Assembly: GCF_009914755.1 (NCBI RefSeq)
Contig: NC_060945.1
From: the human T2T-CHM13v2.0 reference genome, Homo sapiens
Reading direction: 5' to 3' (one strand)
Length of the DNA stretch: 64,000 bases
In this document: piece by piece, positions 1 to 16,703 of the stretch
Numbering within the stretch: the first letter of the stretch is position 1
Layout: each line of letters starts with the position of its first letter
Notes under the pieces: generated by a model
Database searches by the model: none
The model's input: only the letters and a program-made list of their open reading frames with translations
Told to the model about the DNA's origin: nothing
Made by a program: the position numbers and the translations under genes

Positions 1-2564
1 TACCCCTGCCCACCCACCGCCACACATCTATTCTAGTCTGCTGTTCCTGATTTTCTAAGCTTCTTTAATCAAGCCTGTTGCATTCACTTTCACTCACACC
101 CCTCTAGCCTTGGCCTTGGACATTGACTTTGATTGGAAAACAATCTGCTGCCAATTCTTCCAATATTATCAGCATAATGGGCTGCAGGCACAATCTGTTT
201 CTCAAAGTTCTCTGCTTTATGTTAAAAGTCAGGGGCCCAAGGATGAATTTCAAACAATAGAGTTGCCTTATTTGCGGTTCGAGATGGTTGGTCAGTCAGC
301 CCTATCCCAGCACTCTTTGTAGGTGAATGATGTGGGCAGTGTTGCAGACCTGTGCTTGATGAACTGAATCTCCACGTGCATAATCACCCTGACTTTCAGG
401 TGAAAACTGCCCTGGTTTATAGTCTGGTTGCTGGAGAAAGTCTAAAGTGTGAAGGAACAGGTAGCCTCAGTGTTATCCGGACACTCTAGCTACCTTCCTG
501 TGGAGTAAGGATTCCCATGGCCTCATGCCCAAAGTGCTGACGTCTCAAGAACAACCCCCTCCAGCCTTTCACTGACCTAAGATGAACCATGTGACATTCA
601 TTCCATGGATCAGACATCAGGTCAGACCTTATTGCTTTTGGACAGCAGCCATTACATGATTTACGGAGCAAAGGATAGGTACAATACAAACCTCAGAGTA
701 CGTGACAAAGTTAGAGGGTATTTCTAAGCATGAAAATATGCAACATTTCAGGAGTAATGTCATAAAAAGAGGGATCAGACCAACAGATCACTGTCTCCAT
801 TTAACTGTAATCTCTAAAAATAACTTTAGCTCTCATTTCTGAGTCAGAGAGAAACTTTAGAAGTTACATTCATGCTTTTAGGAGGCAATATGTAACCCAA
901 CTTCTCCAAAACTAAACTTAAATATAATCTAAGTCAGAATTCAATCCCCCAAGGAGATTTCAGTATAGACTCAGATTCACAAAGCAGAGGAAGAGATAAT
1001 GTGGTTTTATTCCAAAGCGCAGACTTAAACACATGGCAACCCTCATCATTCTCAAAGTTCCCAATTGCTTCATTTGCTCCCAAGAGTCAAGTGGCTTCTA
1101 TAAGAAAATTACATGCGGTCAGAAAATTACAGGAGGCCTGGTTCTTTGGGAGTAATGATCCATTCATTTGATAATTTGCTAAATGCTTACTCTTTCTGCT
1201 CGTCATTTTTTCCTCCTGGTTAGTACATCATGCATATGGTGACAAGAGATAAAGAAATGGACAAGCTCCCAGAAAAAACAGACAAGAAATGGGACCAAAA
1301 AAAGACATAAAATGTCTTTTAAAATAAGCTTAATATTTTGAAAAATGCCTTTTATGAAAAATACCAGTGGAATAATTTAGATGTACCCTTGTAGCCTCAC
1401 AGATGCTGATTTTTCAGATGGTGGTGCCACATACCCCCACCACTGGCATGGATCCCACTGCAAAGGGCCTCTGGGGACATCCAAGCACAACCCTGAATAG
1501 ACATCTGGCCATAGACAAATCCTCCTTGTCTCCAGAGACTTCTACAGGATTCCAACTCTAGTTTTTAAAATGTGAGTATATGAGACACATGGGTCTGTAG
1601 GCTCTGGTTTTAGAGGTGAATCCTTCACATTAATGATTCTGAGATTGATTTTCTCCTTTGTTGGCCCTTCTTGACCATTTTTACCTTCTCAGTGACCACG
1701 TTTCAGTGCTCACTAGGACCTGGACCGGGGGCAGGGTAAACCGAGGTAAGTAGCTCTGTGTTACTGCCTGCTACTATGCCCACGGATGTGTGGTGATGAG
1801 AAGGGTAAAACAAAAAGCCAGAATTCCTTTCCAGGATGAAATAAATGCAAGATAAGCACAGGGAGCTGCTCAGGTGCCTGAGGAAGGTGGCCAACTCCAA
1901 ATGTCCACAAAGTGTCCATGTCAGGTGACCCAAAGGTGCAAAAAACAGGCAGACTGCTTCTGTGCCCAGTAGCAAGAATATCAAGTACGTCAGGTCTTTT
2001 TGGTGTGGCTTAATACAGCCTACTTAAAAGGAAAAATAGAAAATCTATGTGAACAGTTTCCAGCTGCCAGCTCTAATTTCCCATGATGGCCCATGACAAG
2101 GAGTGCACAGTGTTATTGATCAGTTATGACATTATCAGAAAAGGGCTGAATGGAGTTTGCTCTCACTCTTTTCTTTCTCTTTGCTCTTTGTCAGTGTCCT
2201 TAGGAAATGTATCTAATTCTTAGGCTTCTCCAGCCAAGCAGGATGGGCAAGAAGACATTTATACTGGATGGCTTCTAAAAACATGTTATACCAGTTTCAA
2301 TATTTTAGGAAAATAACTGTACAATAATCCAATATTAACAGAAGAAAGAAAATATTCATTCAAAAGTGCCTATATGCTCATGTCCTATGTATTTCATGTC
2401 TTGGACCAAAATATTCTATTCTTCTCATGAAACCACTTATAGTTACCAAGCTGAAAAATCAAACAGACATTATGTTTTAGCAAATTTCTTCATTTCCCTT
2501 TTGAGTTCTTTGGAAAGAAGAGAACAAAGTGCAGAGAAATACTTATTCTCTAGGCCATAAAATC

Positions 2565-2650
2565 AGGAGGGCAGGCCTGTGATCTATTGAATGTTGAGCA
2601 CCAAGCTCAGTACCTGGCACGTAATAGTTGCTCAATAAATTTTGTTACCA
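2565..2650 (+). mobile_element. L2 3'-end relic
   Basis: cagtacctggcacgtaatagttgctcaataaattttgtt resembles the L2 3' terminus. Confidence 0.55.
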
Positions 2651-2829
2651 CATGCTGAATGACTCCAACAAGTAATTAGATTTTTCTGCCACTCCCCTCT
2701 ATTCAAAGCTCTAACAAAGAACTTTTTAAAGGTGTGAGCCCATGGTCTCTATTAAAGAGTTTTCCATTGCAACTTTTCTTCTTCTAACTAGTAGCTTTCT
2801 CTTGTATACTCAAAAGTCACCTCGTTTAG

Positions 2830-3050
2830 CTTAGTCATGGAGCATAGAGGTTTGAAGTCATGCAAACATGGATTCAGCTACCTGGTTCTGCCACTTGCTA
2901 GTGTCATTACAACTTCAGCAAGTTGCCTAATTTCTCTGAGCCTCATTTTTCCCACCTATAAAGGACCATAATATTTCCACAAGGCTATCTATGGATTAAG
3001 TGAATAATATGTACAAAACAGCTCACAAAGTGCCTGATAATAGTCTATTT
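2830..3050 (+). mobile_element. MIR SINE
   Basis: ggttctgccacttgctag...gcaagttgcctaatttctctgagcctcatttttccc matches the MIR core. Confidence 0.7.
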
Positions 3051-3337
3051 ATGATGACCACTTTATTTTAAATATTGTTATAATCATTATCATCACTGGT
3101 ATCCACTGGAAGCTTTAGAATAATCCTATAGCATGCTTTATAATTAAAACACTGTTATATATCTAATTAAGAAAGTTTTCTTGCTCATACATTTATAAGC
3201 TGTTCTTTTGTACTGTATGATACCAAAGGAAAGTTACCTATAGTTTTTGTAATATTCAGGGACAGACAATATTCAAGTATGCAAATTCTTGAATGCAAAT
3301 TTCTTTAATGCTTTCTTTAGTAGTCTATACAAAACTT

Positions 3338-3502
3338 TAATATATATGTGTGTATATATTATATATAATATATACATTACATGTATTATATATACACATA
3401 TGTTAAATATATTATATATTATAAATTATATTATATAATTAAAGATAATATATTAAAATATGTAATCTATAATTATCTAATAAATCATTATATATATTAT
3501 AT
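3338..3502. repeat. (TA)n-rich low-complexity tract
   Basis: Degenerate TA repeats, resuming at about 3690-3748. Confidence 0.85.
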
Positions 3503-3690
3503 AGGTCATGTGTAGTGGTTCATGCCTGTAATCCCAGCTCTTTGGGAGGCTGAAGCAAGAGGATCCTTTGAGCCTAGGTGTTCAATCCCAGCCTAGGCAA
3601 CATAGTGAGACCCAGTCTCTAAAAATAAATAAATAAAATAAACAATAAATAACAAATAAATAAATAAAATAAACAAATAAACAAATAAAA
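3503..3690 (+). mobile_element. FLAM / old Alu left monomer with (AAAT)n tail
   Basis: About 120 bp Alu monomer (gtggttcatgcctgtaatcccagc...gtgagacccagtctct) followed by an A-rich tail. Confidence 0.85.
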
Positions 3691-4021
3691 TTATACATAT
3701 ACTATATATATGTACATATTATATACATACACACATATATATATAATTTGCCATTATAAGCTAGCTGTAACTTTCCCAAGGTCAACAGCCTGTCACTGGC
3801 CACAAAACACAAAGGAGAAAGTAGTATATATCTACACATCCTCCAAAGCCTAAGGCTGCAAATGGCTGGCATAGAAAACATCCAGTCCTACTGTACCTGA
3901 ATACTCCCTCTAGAAGGTTCTTAGAATGAATCAAAGGTGAAAGAGGGCATACATGGAAGCCATTGACCAGCCCCCAACTCCATACATACTGCACTCCATC
4001 CTTTAGAGGCATAATAATTGG

Positions 4022-4155
4022 TTCATTCCTACTTGCAATTCAGAAATATTAATTGAGCATCTTCAATGTGCTAAACACTGCTTTGCTTTCAATGATGGAA
4101 ATGAAGTGGGAAGCAAAACAAGAAAAGTGCCTGCCCTCATGGAGCTTGCATTCCA
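4022..4155 (-). mobile_element. L2 3'-end relic
   Basis: aaatattaattgagcatcttcaatgtgctaaacactg...cctgccctcatggagcttgcattccag. Confidence 0.6.
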
Positions 4156-5375
4156 GAGTAATTTGTTTCTTGGTAGCAAGAACAAGGAGGCTGAGTAACA
4201 GACCTTACAGTTGGTGTATGATATATTTTTCAATCTTTCTAAAAGTTCTTAATTATCTGCTGTCTAACTTGTAAGCCAAATTTCATTCCTTCTGTGCAGA
4301 ATGACATGGCCAGTCTGACCACCAAATACGATGGGGCTTTCTTAACTATTCAAGTACACTGTTGGCAAAAGATAGTGGGCTATTCAAAATGACATGCCGA
4401 AACATGTATGGTGATTTTAATCAATTATTTTGGCCAGTTTCAAAGGCATTTATCACAAAGTAACACAGTCTTGCTAAAATATTTCTTTAAACACAGAGTT
4501 CTTTGTTCCTACACCTTTAAGAAGTAAAGGGAATACCCAGACACTGTACCTGTTTTGTAAGTTAAAGTGAAAACATACTGCACTGAAACTTATAGTTGAT
4601 ATCTCTTCAGAAGAGAAATTCATCAGCAAGGTAATAATTCCCAGTAGCTACACAAAGAAACCACAGTCTTCAGAAAAACCACATAACAGAGAATGGAATA
4701 CTGTGAGCAGCCCACATAATTACTCATGATAGATAAGTGTATTAAAAATTAAATATAAATTATTGCAGGCATTATAGTTTTGGCACAAGATGAAAAAAGT
4801 GCTTTATGTTACTTAAAAGTTTTAATAACTGCCTTAAATTTGGCTCAGTTGAAAATAAGCTTATCCTGAGTAAATATAAAGCATTTATTATTTGAAGTAT
4901 TGCTTTCAATACAATTGTAGGTTTAAAAAAAAACAACCTCTTTGATTTTCTAAAAGTTGCTATGTGGCATTGATCTTTTTTAAAAGTACTAAAAAGAGAT
5001 ACAAATAGGTGAATTTTAAACAGGGTTGTTCTAAGGAGGATTACTTTAACATATGAAAATCTCTTACCAAAACTCTGCTAAATCCTAAAATCAAATCCAG
5101 ATGATTTTGAATCTAAATGTGAGAGGGGAAAAAATAAATCTTTTAAAGAAAAACATAAGAGAGTATCTTCATGACCTTGGAGTAGGCAAAGAGTCCTTAA
5201 ATAACACAAAAAGCACTAACCTTAAAACAAAAAAGATAAGTTAGATTATATTAAAATTAAGAATTTCTGTTTATCAGTACTAAGAGAGTGAAAAGAAACC
5301 CACAGAGTAGAAAAAGATGCTTGCAATACACGTCTCCAACAAAGAACTGACACTCAGAACATATAAAGAATTCCT

Positions 5376-5729
5376 GGCCTGGTGCCGTGGCTCATACCTG
5401 TAATCAGCACTTTGGGAGGCCGAAGCTGGAGGATCACTTAAGCCCAAAAGTTTGAGATCAGCCTGGTTAGCATAGTGAGAACTTGTCCCTACTAAAAAAA
5501 ATTTCTTAAATTTAGCTGGGTACAGTGGTGTGCACCTGTAGTCCCAGCTACTTGGGAGGCTGAAGCAGGAGATCACTTGAGCACAGGAGGTCAAGACTGC
5601 AATGAGCTATGATCACTCTATGCACTATAGCCTGGGCGACAGAGCAAGGCCCTATCTAAGAAGAAGAAGAAAGAAGAAGAGAAGAGGAGGAGGAGGAGGA
5701 GGAGGAGGAAGAAGAAGAAGAAAACGAAG
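5376..5729 (+). mobile_element. AluJ with tail converted to (GAA)n(GGA)n
   Basis: Full dimer; TSD aagaattcct (5366-5375) / aagaatttct (5730-5739). Confidence 0.92.
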
Positions 5730-6043
5730 AAGAATTTCTACAACTCAATTCAATAAGAAAAAGAAAGACAACAATAGAAAAATGAGCAAAGGACTTTAAT
5801 ACCTACTTCACATAGAACGATATCCTAACAGCCAATAAATACATGGCAAGGAGCTCACCTTCATTTGTTGTCACTGAAATGCAAACTAAAACCACAAGGA
5901 GAGACATTATACTTCCATCCAAGTGGCTGAAATTTTAAAAAGAGGCAAATACCCAATAGAGCAACTGACATTCACATACACTGCTGGTGGGGATGTAAAT
6001 TGGTACAAATACTTTAGAAAACTGTTTGGCAGTATCTGCTAAG

Positions 6044-6231
6044 CAGAGGTCTTCAAAATGTGGTCCCTGGACCAGTAGCAAAAGCATCACCTGGAATTTG
6101 CCAGAAGCCCACATTCTTGGGCCCTACTCCATACCTACTGAATCAGAAACACTCCAGGTGTTTCCCAGAGATCTGTGTTTTAACAAACCCTCCAGGTGGT
6201 TCTGATGCGTGTGCAATCTTGAGAACCACTG
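6044..6231. mobile_element. MER5A-like hAT-Charlie DNA transposon
   Basis: Termini cagaggtcttcaaa...ttgagaaccactg; internal cctactgaatcagaaac; flanks tgctaag / tgctaaag. Confidence 0.85.
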
Positions 6232-6380
6232 TGCTAAAGCTCAGCATATGCATAGCCTCTAACTCAGAAACTGTACTCTTAGGAATGTCTACCAGAGATG
6301 TGTATGAGCTTTCATCAAAATACATGTACAAGAGTGTTTGCAGTAGCACTACTCAAAACAGCCAAAAACTGGAAACTATC

Positions 6381-6732
6381 TGATATGGTTTAGCTGTGTC
6401 CCCACTGAAATCTCATCTTGAATTGTAGCTCCCATGATCCCCACGTGTCGTGGGACAGACCCAGTTGGAGGTAACTGAATCATGGGGGAGGGTTTTTCCC
6501 GTGGTGTTCTCATGATAGTAAGTCTCACGAGATCTGCTGGTTTTATAAAGGGCAGTTCCCCTGCACACGCTCTCTTGCCTGCCACCAGGTAAGACATGCC
6601 TTTGCTCCTCCTTCACTTTCCACCATGTTTATGAGGCCTCCCCAGCCATGTGGAACTGAGAGTCCACTAAACCTCTTTTTCTTTATAAATTACCCAGTCT
6701 CGGGTATAGCAGCATGAGAAGGAACTAATACA
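6381..6732 (+). mobile_element. THE1 (C/D-like) solo LTR
   Basis: tgatatggtttagctgtgtcccc...ctaataca with TG..CA ends. Confidence 0.92.
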
Positions 6733-7797
6733 TTACCTAAATGCCATCAGTAGGAAGGACAAACAAAGCATGCTATAGTCACTAAGTAGAAGTCTACACA
6801 GCAATGAGGCTGCATAATCTATAATTGTATGCAACAGTGTAGATGAACCTCACATACATAATGATAGACAAAAGAAGCCAATCACAAAGCTACACATCTT
6901 GTAGGATTCCATTTGCAGAAAGTACAAAAAAAGGCAAAACCTGACTCTGCTATTACAAGTCAGGATATGGTTATGATTGGGAGAGACCAGTAGGTGAAGA
7001 CTGCAAGGGCTCTAAGGAAGGCTTCTGGATGCTCCCACCATTTTTTTTTTCTTGAGCTGGGGTTGGTTACAGTAATGATCTGTTTATGAAAATGCACTGT
7101 GCTGTATGCTTATAATGTGAGCACTTTTCTGCCAGTATACAACAATGAAAAGGTTTTCTTAAAACTTGATTAAAATAATTCTTTTCAAATTGTATAATAA
7201 GTGTGAATTACTTTAGGTAGAATATTTGCATTGGAAAAAGTTTAGGACATTAAAGAGTAATGTCCTAATATTCCACTCCAGGGAATTGTCATCAATATGG
7301 CAGAAGAAGAAAAAAGCTTACAAGATCAAATACCAATGAAATCTTCCCTGAATGACTGCATCAAGGTACTAAAAATGGTCCCTGGGGTCAGACTAAACAA
7401 CAGAAACCCACCAGTGGGCATAGTTCGTCAGTAAATCTGTGCTTTAATAATTAAAATGTAAGCACTATATTTATATACCCCTTAATTCCATAAGAATTTT
7501 CAGTGGTTGTAACTGCATTAACCCACTCATCAGTCAGGTTAAGCAGCCATCAGCGGACCATGAGAAGCAAAGGGGAAGGTCAGGCACATTAACTAGCTGA
7601 TGTTTGCTTCTGATTAAAGTTGGCTTATTTATTTATTTATTTATTTTGCCAGCAGAGTCAGTGAATTTTTAAAAAGACAATGATTGTCATCTCATCTCTG
7701 TTGTCAGCAAAGCCCTCATTCCACCTTGAGCTCCCTTTTGAGTAGCCAGGGCTCTGGGTTACACATGGGCTCATTCTGCTTTTACCGACAAGGATGC

Positions 7798-7847
7798 TGC
7801 ATTAGTCCATTTTCACGATGCTCATAAAGACATACCTGAGACTGGGT

Positions 7848-7855
<8 letters not shown>
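7798..7855 (-). mobile_element. THE1 LTR 3'-terminal stub (about 55 bp)
   Basis: attagtccattttcacgatgctcataaagacatacctgagactgggtaat matches the start of the minus-strand THE1 at 25375. Confidence 0.8.
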
Positions 7856-10902
<3,047 letters not shown>

Positions 10903-10906
<4 letters not shown>

Positions 10907-11056
10907 ACTCAACTCCACTCTTGTAGCATGAGAAAAGTCATAGACACCACATAAACAACAGTGCATGTGACTGTGTTCCACATCGTTTACAAAACTATCT
11001 ACAAAAACAAGCAGAGGGCTGGGTTTGATCTGCTGGCCATAGTTTGCAAATGCCTA
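10903..11056. mobile_element. MER58A-like DNA transposon, one end missing
   Basis: Aligns by eye with 26494-26640 of the complete copy in this window. Confidence 0.75.
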
Positions 11057-12090
11057 CTCTTCGAGTTGATACGAACATTACTCCTTTTAAAGGAGACCAG
11101 ACTCTAGAATCACTCCAAATGCAGGGAAATATTTTCAGCTATCCAAAATCAATCACGGGCACTAGTTGCTGGCCTCTGACCTACATCATTTCAGGTCTGC
11201 ACTGCTAATAGGTGTCAGGTTCAGAGGCTGGCACGGGCGCTGTTCTTGAATGGTCCTGAGTACACCCACCCATGTGAGCAGGACAAATAAGTCCCCTTGA
11301 AGGGAGGCACCTGAGGAAGCCTACCGGTCTAAGTGCGCATGAATGTAGGTGTGAAAACACATTATCTCACTCAGCAGAGAGTACAGCTGGGATTGCCCAA
11401 GTGATGTGGTCCCTATGATGTAAAATATGAAAATGTCTTCCAACTAGTTTCATCAATGAAATCTTTGTGGGTGATTTCTTTTAAGCCATTACTTATGCCT
11501 CTTGAATCGTGTGTTTGATTTCATTGGGTAATTATTTCGCTAGATACAAGGGACCCTGTCAGAATATCTTTACTGACTAAAAACAAGCTATGCTTTTGGT
11601 GCCCTGGAAACATATAACAATACTATATAATATTAACTAAGCCAAGGCTTAGCTGGGAAGTTACTGGATCTCCTGTTCCTTTTCAACACTGTTTTTGCCC
11701 CTTCTCATTGTCATCCTTCTCACTCTTCCCTCTTTTCCAACCATGTTTTATGTTTCTGTCCCTCTTTCTCTTGCCTTAAACCAATCAAAACCAAACAAAT
11801 AAAAGGAAGTAGAGAGCAGCAAGACTTCATACTGAAAACGTCCTTAAAGGAAACGGCTTTCACGTTTATCATTTTTTTCATTATTTTGAGTCAGTTTTTG
11901 AGAGCAAGAACATATATCTTTACTATATTAAAAATCAGAGTCACTCTAACCATGTAATAAACCCAGAACATGCATTCATGGTAACTATACCTCCAGTGGT
12001 TTATGATTTAAACTCAGAAAGTTTCTTTAATTAATCTCTGCTATGGGTTTGATATCAATGTCAATTAAAAGCAGCACATGATGACCCTTA

Positions 12091-12249
<159 letters not shown>

Positions 12250-13739
12250 CTAATATATTGGTCTGACATAGAATATGCAAATTTGTTCATTATAAAAATA
12301 AATATGTCTGTTGAAAGGCTGGCAAATAACCAATGGCTCACTGATAATACCCTCTAATCCCAAGAAAAAAACATAGACCAAAATAAAAAGAAAATAAACT
12401 TCGTATAAAGATGAGAAAGCAAAGTGTCCCCTTGTTACGTAATATTAGAATGCTCTCTCATACCTACGGTTGCTTTCGTTCTATGTCAAATGAAATTACG
12501 CTGCCCACCTGCAGGTGCTGGGAGGAACAAGTTAGAGGCTCCATGGAAAAGCATCTTGAAAATAGCCGAGTGCTCTGCAAATGCAGATCGTTATTTATGC
12601 AAAAAAAAAAAAAAAAAGGCAGGAGGAAATCCATCTGTTCTAAAACCTCTCCCCTCAATATGCTTCCTTATTATCTACACGAATTAAAGATGGGTTTATC
12701 AAATTCGCGTTTACAATTATGGGATGTGGGTTAAAATAATCACACACACAATCAGAACCCATGGCTGACTACTTACAACATTTCCTTTGTCATTCTGTCT
12801 AGGATGAGATTGTGTTTTGTTATTGAACCATAAAAAATGTCATTAACCCTTGGTTCATTGTTAATTCTTAGAAAGCTAGAATCCTTTTTGTGTCTTTGGA
12901 ATCCCTTTCACACACAGCCAGTTGGATAGAAAATAGAAGGTACCTGAGAGGTGAGGAACTGTTAGTGAATTGATGTGGAAGCTTCTAAAGGCATTGCTCC
13001 TGAAATGACAAGTTTCAGCAGGAATAGAAGCTGAGGGCCTTCCCACCACAGATGGCCAGATTGGGTGCCTTCTGAGCCCACTGTCTAGCTCAAGCCCTAG
13101 CCTGTCAATCCTGAAAATACCAGCAAGTACTGTCCTCCTGCTAGTAGTACTATATATAGTGTGTCTCACAAAGACCCAGAGGGGTCAGATGAATGAGAGC
13201 TTAAAGTAATTCGCACACTCCTGAGCCAACAGTCCTGGGCTCCAACCCCTAGGCCATCACTTAAGGCTCTGAGACCCCAGGATGGCACTCAGCATCCAGG
13301 CACTTCACATCCTGTGAACATCTGTCATGCTTTGGACACACACACGCAGACACACACCAACACTTCTTAAACACTCTGCCTGTGTTTAGGGCTATCTCTC
13401 CCTTATGGGTCTTCTCTCCCCTAGAAATAAGCCAGAACCTCATTTCCCAAGACTTCCTTGCATCTAGGTTGCTGATATGTGATGCAAGCTTTGTGGATCT
13501 GACACACTCCCAAGAGACTTTAAAGCAGTTGAGAGCAATGTGGACAAGCATGAGTGCCCTACAATTTTTTTCTGTTGTGAGAGAGGAAATAGAAGGCTCC
13601 AGCTTTGGAGAACATCAGCAAAAAGGTCTCCACATTAGTGATAAAAGCTGTGGTATCTCTGCCCTGTGAAGGTGGCAGAAGGTCATCACAGACTTTCCAC
13701 CCTTACAAGAGTCTGAAGTACCCAATACATCCTATACTA

Positions 13740-13915
13740 ACTTCCATGTATACTTAAGCAAATTAGAGTATGTCCCGCTGCTGAACAAACTCGGTTGTTT
13801 CACTTATCAAATGGAAATAATAAGAGGTGCATCAAAAAATGTTAAGAATCACCAGGAACACCCAGCTCAAAGCACCTAGAACATAGGCAAAAAGCACACG
13901 TCGAATGTGAGTTCT
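13740..13915 (+). mobile_element. MIR relic
   Basis: gtttcacttatcaaatggaaataataag...aaagcacctagaacatagg. Confidence 0.45.
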
Positions 13916-14029
13916 TCCCTTACTTTTTGATAATCAATACTTTTATTTTTCTATTTATTTTCTTACTATTAACATGTTATGTCTTCTTTTACTACCTTTT
14001 TAATGGTTAACCTGAAGATTACAACACAC

Positions 14030-14335
<306 letters not shown>

Positions 14336-14863
14336 ACAACAGGCTTTCTTGATTTATCACAGTCATATACACAGTATCATTTTATCACCAATTTTACTAG
14401 AACTTTAGAGCTGTCTGACTCCATTTACCTCGCCATCTCTTTTGCTTTACTGCTATTGTACACCTAATTTATTGCATCAGTTTTAAACTTCATGAGACTT
14501 TATAATTATTGCTTTGTACAATCAATAATTACTTCTATTTAGCCTCTTGCTTACTCATCCTAGTATGTTCATTTCTTCATGCGACCATTTGGAATTGTTT
14601 TCCTTCTGCCTGAAGAAAAAAATGTTTTCTTTCAGTACAGACCTGCTAGCCATATTCCCTCCATTGTTATTTCTCTAAAAGTACCTTCCCTTCACTTTCA
14701 CTATTGAAAATATTTTTCATTCTATTTCTGTGGTGGGTTTTCTTTTTCTTCACTTGAAACATGTTTTATTGTCCTCTGGATGCCACTGTGTCTCATGAGC
14801 ATTCAGCTGTCAGTTTTGCCATGGCTTTTTGAAGGGTAATGTGTCTTTTTCTGAAGTTGTTTT

Positions 14864-15489
14864 GGTTTGTTTGTGTTTTTTGTTTTAAGTTCTGGGATAC
14901 ATGTGCAGAACATGCAGGTTTGTTACATAAGTATACGTGTGCCATGGTGGTTTGCTGCACCTATCAACCCGTCATGTGGGTTTTAAGCCCTGCATGAATT
15001 AGGTATTTGTCCTGATGCTCTCCCTTCCATTCCCCCGACCCCGTGACAGGCCCCGGTGTGTGATGTTCCTCTCCCTGTGTCCATGTGTTCTTATTGTTCA
15101 ACTCCCACTTATGAGTGAGTACATGTGGTGTTTGGTTTTCTGTTCCTGTGTTAGTTTGCTGAGAATGATGGAGGGAGTGTAAATTAGTTCAACCATTGTG
15201 GAAGACAGTGTGGCCATTCCTCAAGGATCTAGAAAGAGAAATACCATTTGACCCAGCAATCCTATTACCGAGTATATACCCAAAGGATCAGAAATCATTC
15301 TACTATAAAGACACATGCACATGCATGTTTATTGCAGCACTATTTACAATAGCAAAGACCTGGAACCAACCCAAATGCCCATCAATGATAGACTGGATAA
15401 AGAAAATGTGGCACATATACGCCATGGAATACTATGCAGCCATAAAAAAGAATGAGATCATGTCCTTTGGAGGGACATGGATGAAGCTC
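14864..15489 (-). mobile_element. L1PA7/8-like 3' end with 5' inversion (twin priming)
   Basis: Antisense 3'UTR 14864-15171, then sense segment 15172-15489; TSD aagttgtttt (14854-14863 / 15490-15499). Confidence 0.9.
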
Positions 15490-15601
15490 AAGTTGTTTTT
15501 AAGGTTTGATTTTTTTTACTTTGGCCTTCAGCAGTTTTACTATGACGTTTCTAGGTATGTTTTTGTTTGTATTTCTATCATTCAAAATCCCATGTGCTTC
15601 C

Positions 15602-15885
15602 TTTTTTTTTGAGACAGGATCTCTGTCGCTCAGGCTGGAATGCAGTGGTGTGATCTCGACTGACTACAATCTCCACCTCCTGGGCTCAAGCAATCTTCCC
15701 TCCTCAGCCCCCCGAATAGCAGGGACTACAGATGTGCCACCACGCCTGGCTAATTTTCTGTATTTTTGCAGAGACGAGTTTCACTATATTGCCCAGGCTG
15801 GTCTTGAACTCCTGGGCTCAGGCAATCCACCTGCCTTGGCCTCCCAAAGTCCTAGGATTACAGGGATGAGCCACTGCACCTGGCC
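15602..15885 (-). mobile_element. AluJ
   Basis: Full dimer with ctgggctcaagc diagnostic; TSD-like cccatgtgcttc / tccaagtgcttc. Confidence 0.9.
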
Positions 15886-16283
15886 TCCAAGTGCTTCTTG
15901 AATCTAAGGGTTCAGTTTGGTAAAATTCTCAGCCATTATCACTAAAAATTTTTTCAGCTACATTATCTTCCTCCATTCACTCAGGGAATTCAATTTTGTA
16001 TATATTCGACCTTTTCAGCATATTTGGCATGGGTCTTACACACCTATTTTTTTTTAAATCTGGCCCTACGTGTTCATTGGTCCTGTGTTCTGCTGTGTCC
16101 AGTTAACTGCTAAGCTCAATATACTCCTAATTTCAGATATTGTATTTTTCCCATTATAGAATATCCATTTGATTTCTTATAGATTTTTAGTATGTGGCAA
16201 AAGTCTATCCTTTTATCTGTTTTGTCCATTTTCTCTATTTTTGAGCATATTAATCATAGTTAGCTTTAAGTCCTTATCTACTA

Positions 16284-16508
16284 TTTTTATTTTTATTTTA
16301 TTTTTATGAAACAGGGTCTTGTTCTGTCACTCAGGATGGACTGCACTCATGTGATCACAGCTCACTACAACCTCAATCTCCTGGGCTCAAGTGACCCTAC
16401 TGCCTCAGCCTCCCACATACCTGGGACTATAGGCACACATCACCATGCCCCGCTAATTTTTTAATTTTTTTGTGGAGATGGGGTCTCACTGTGTTGCCCA
16501 GGATGGTT
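16284..16508 (-). mobile_element. 5'-truncated AluJ
   Basis: Right arm plus part of the left arm. Confidence 0.85.
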
Positions 16509-16593
16509 CTGCTAATTTTAATATTTGATCATCTGTGGGTCTTTTTATCTGTTTTTCTCTTGCAGCCAAATTATAAAACATGCAAAAGTCAAA

Positions 16594-16703
16594 CTTGGGA
16601 GGCTGAAGCAGATCACTTGAGCCTAGAAGGTCAAGGCTGTGATGAGCTACGATCACTCTACTACACTCCAGCCTGGGCAACAGAGCAAGGCTCTATCACA
16701 AAA
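16594..16703 (+). mobile_element. FRAM/AluJ right-arm fragment
   Basis: gggaggctgaagcagatcacttgagcc...ccagcctgggcaacagagc. Confidence 0.8.

Larger units (their letters stand above)
5075..7160 (+). mobile_element. Old L1M (L1MC/ME-type) ORF2 C-terminus and 3'UTR, host of nested insertions
   Basis: cttcatgaccttggagtaggcaaag, atgcaaactaaaaccacaag, gctggtggggatgtaaattggtac and atgaacctcacatacataatg are L1 3' motifs. Confidence 0.8.

Noticed and set aside
5602-5799. Arg/Lys/Gly-rich 65-aa ORF resembling an NLS or protamine
   Set aside because: Translation of the Alu tail microsatellite
11210-11356. Two T-box-like motifs (aggtgtca, aggtgtgaaa)
   Set aside because: Short motifs expected by chance, with no other support
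13255-13510. Possible old LTR (LTR33/MLT1-type) fragment
   Set aside because: Only one short motif (catttcccaagacttccttgcatctagg); cannot define the family or ends
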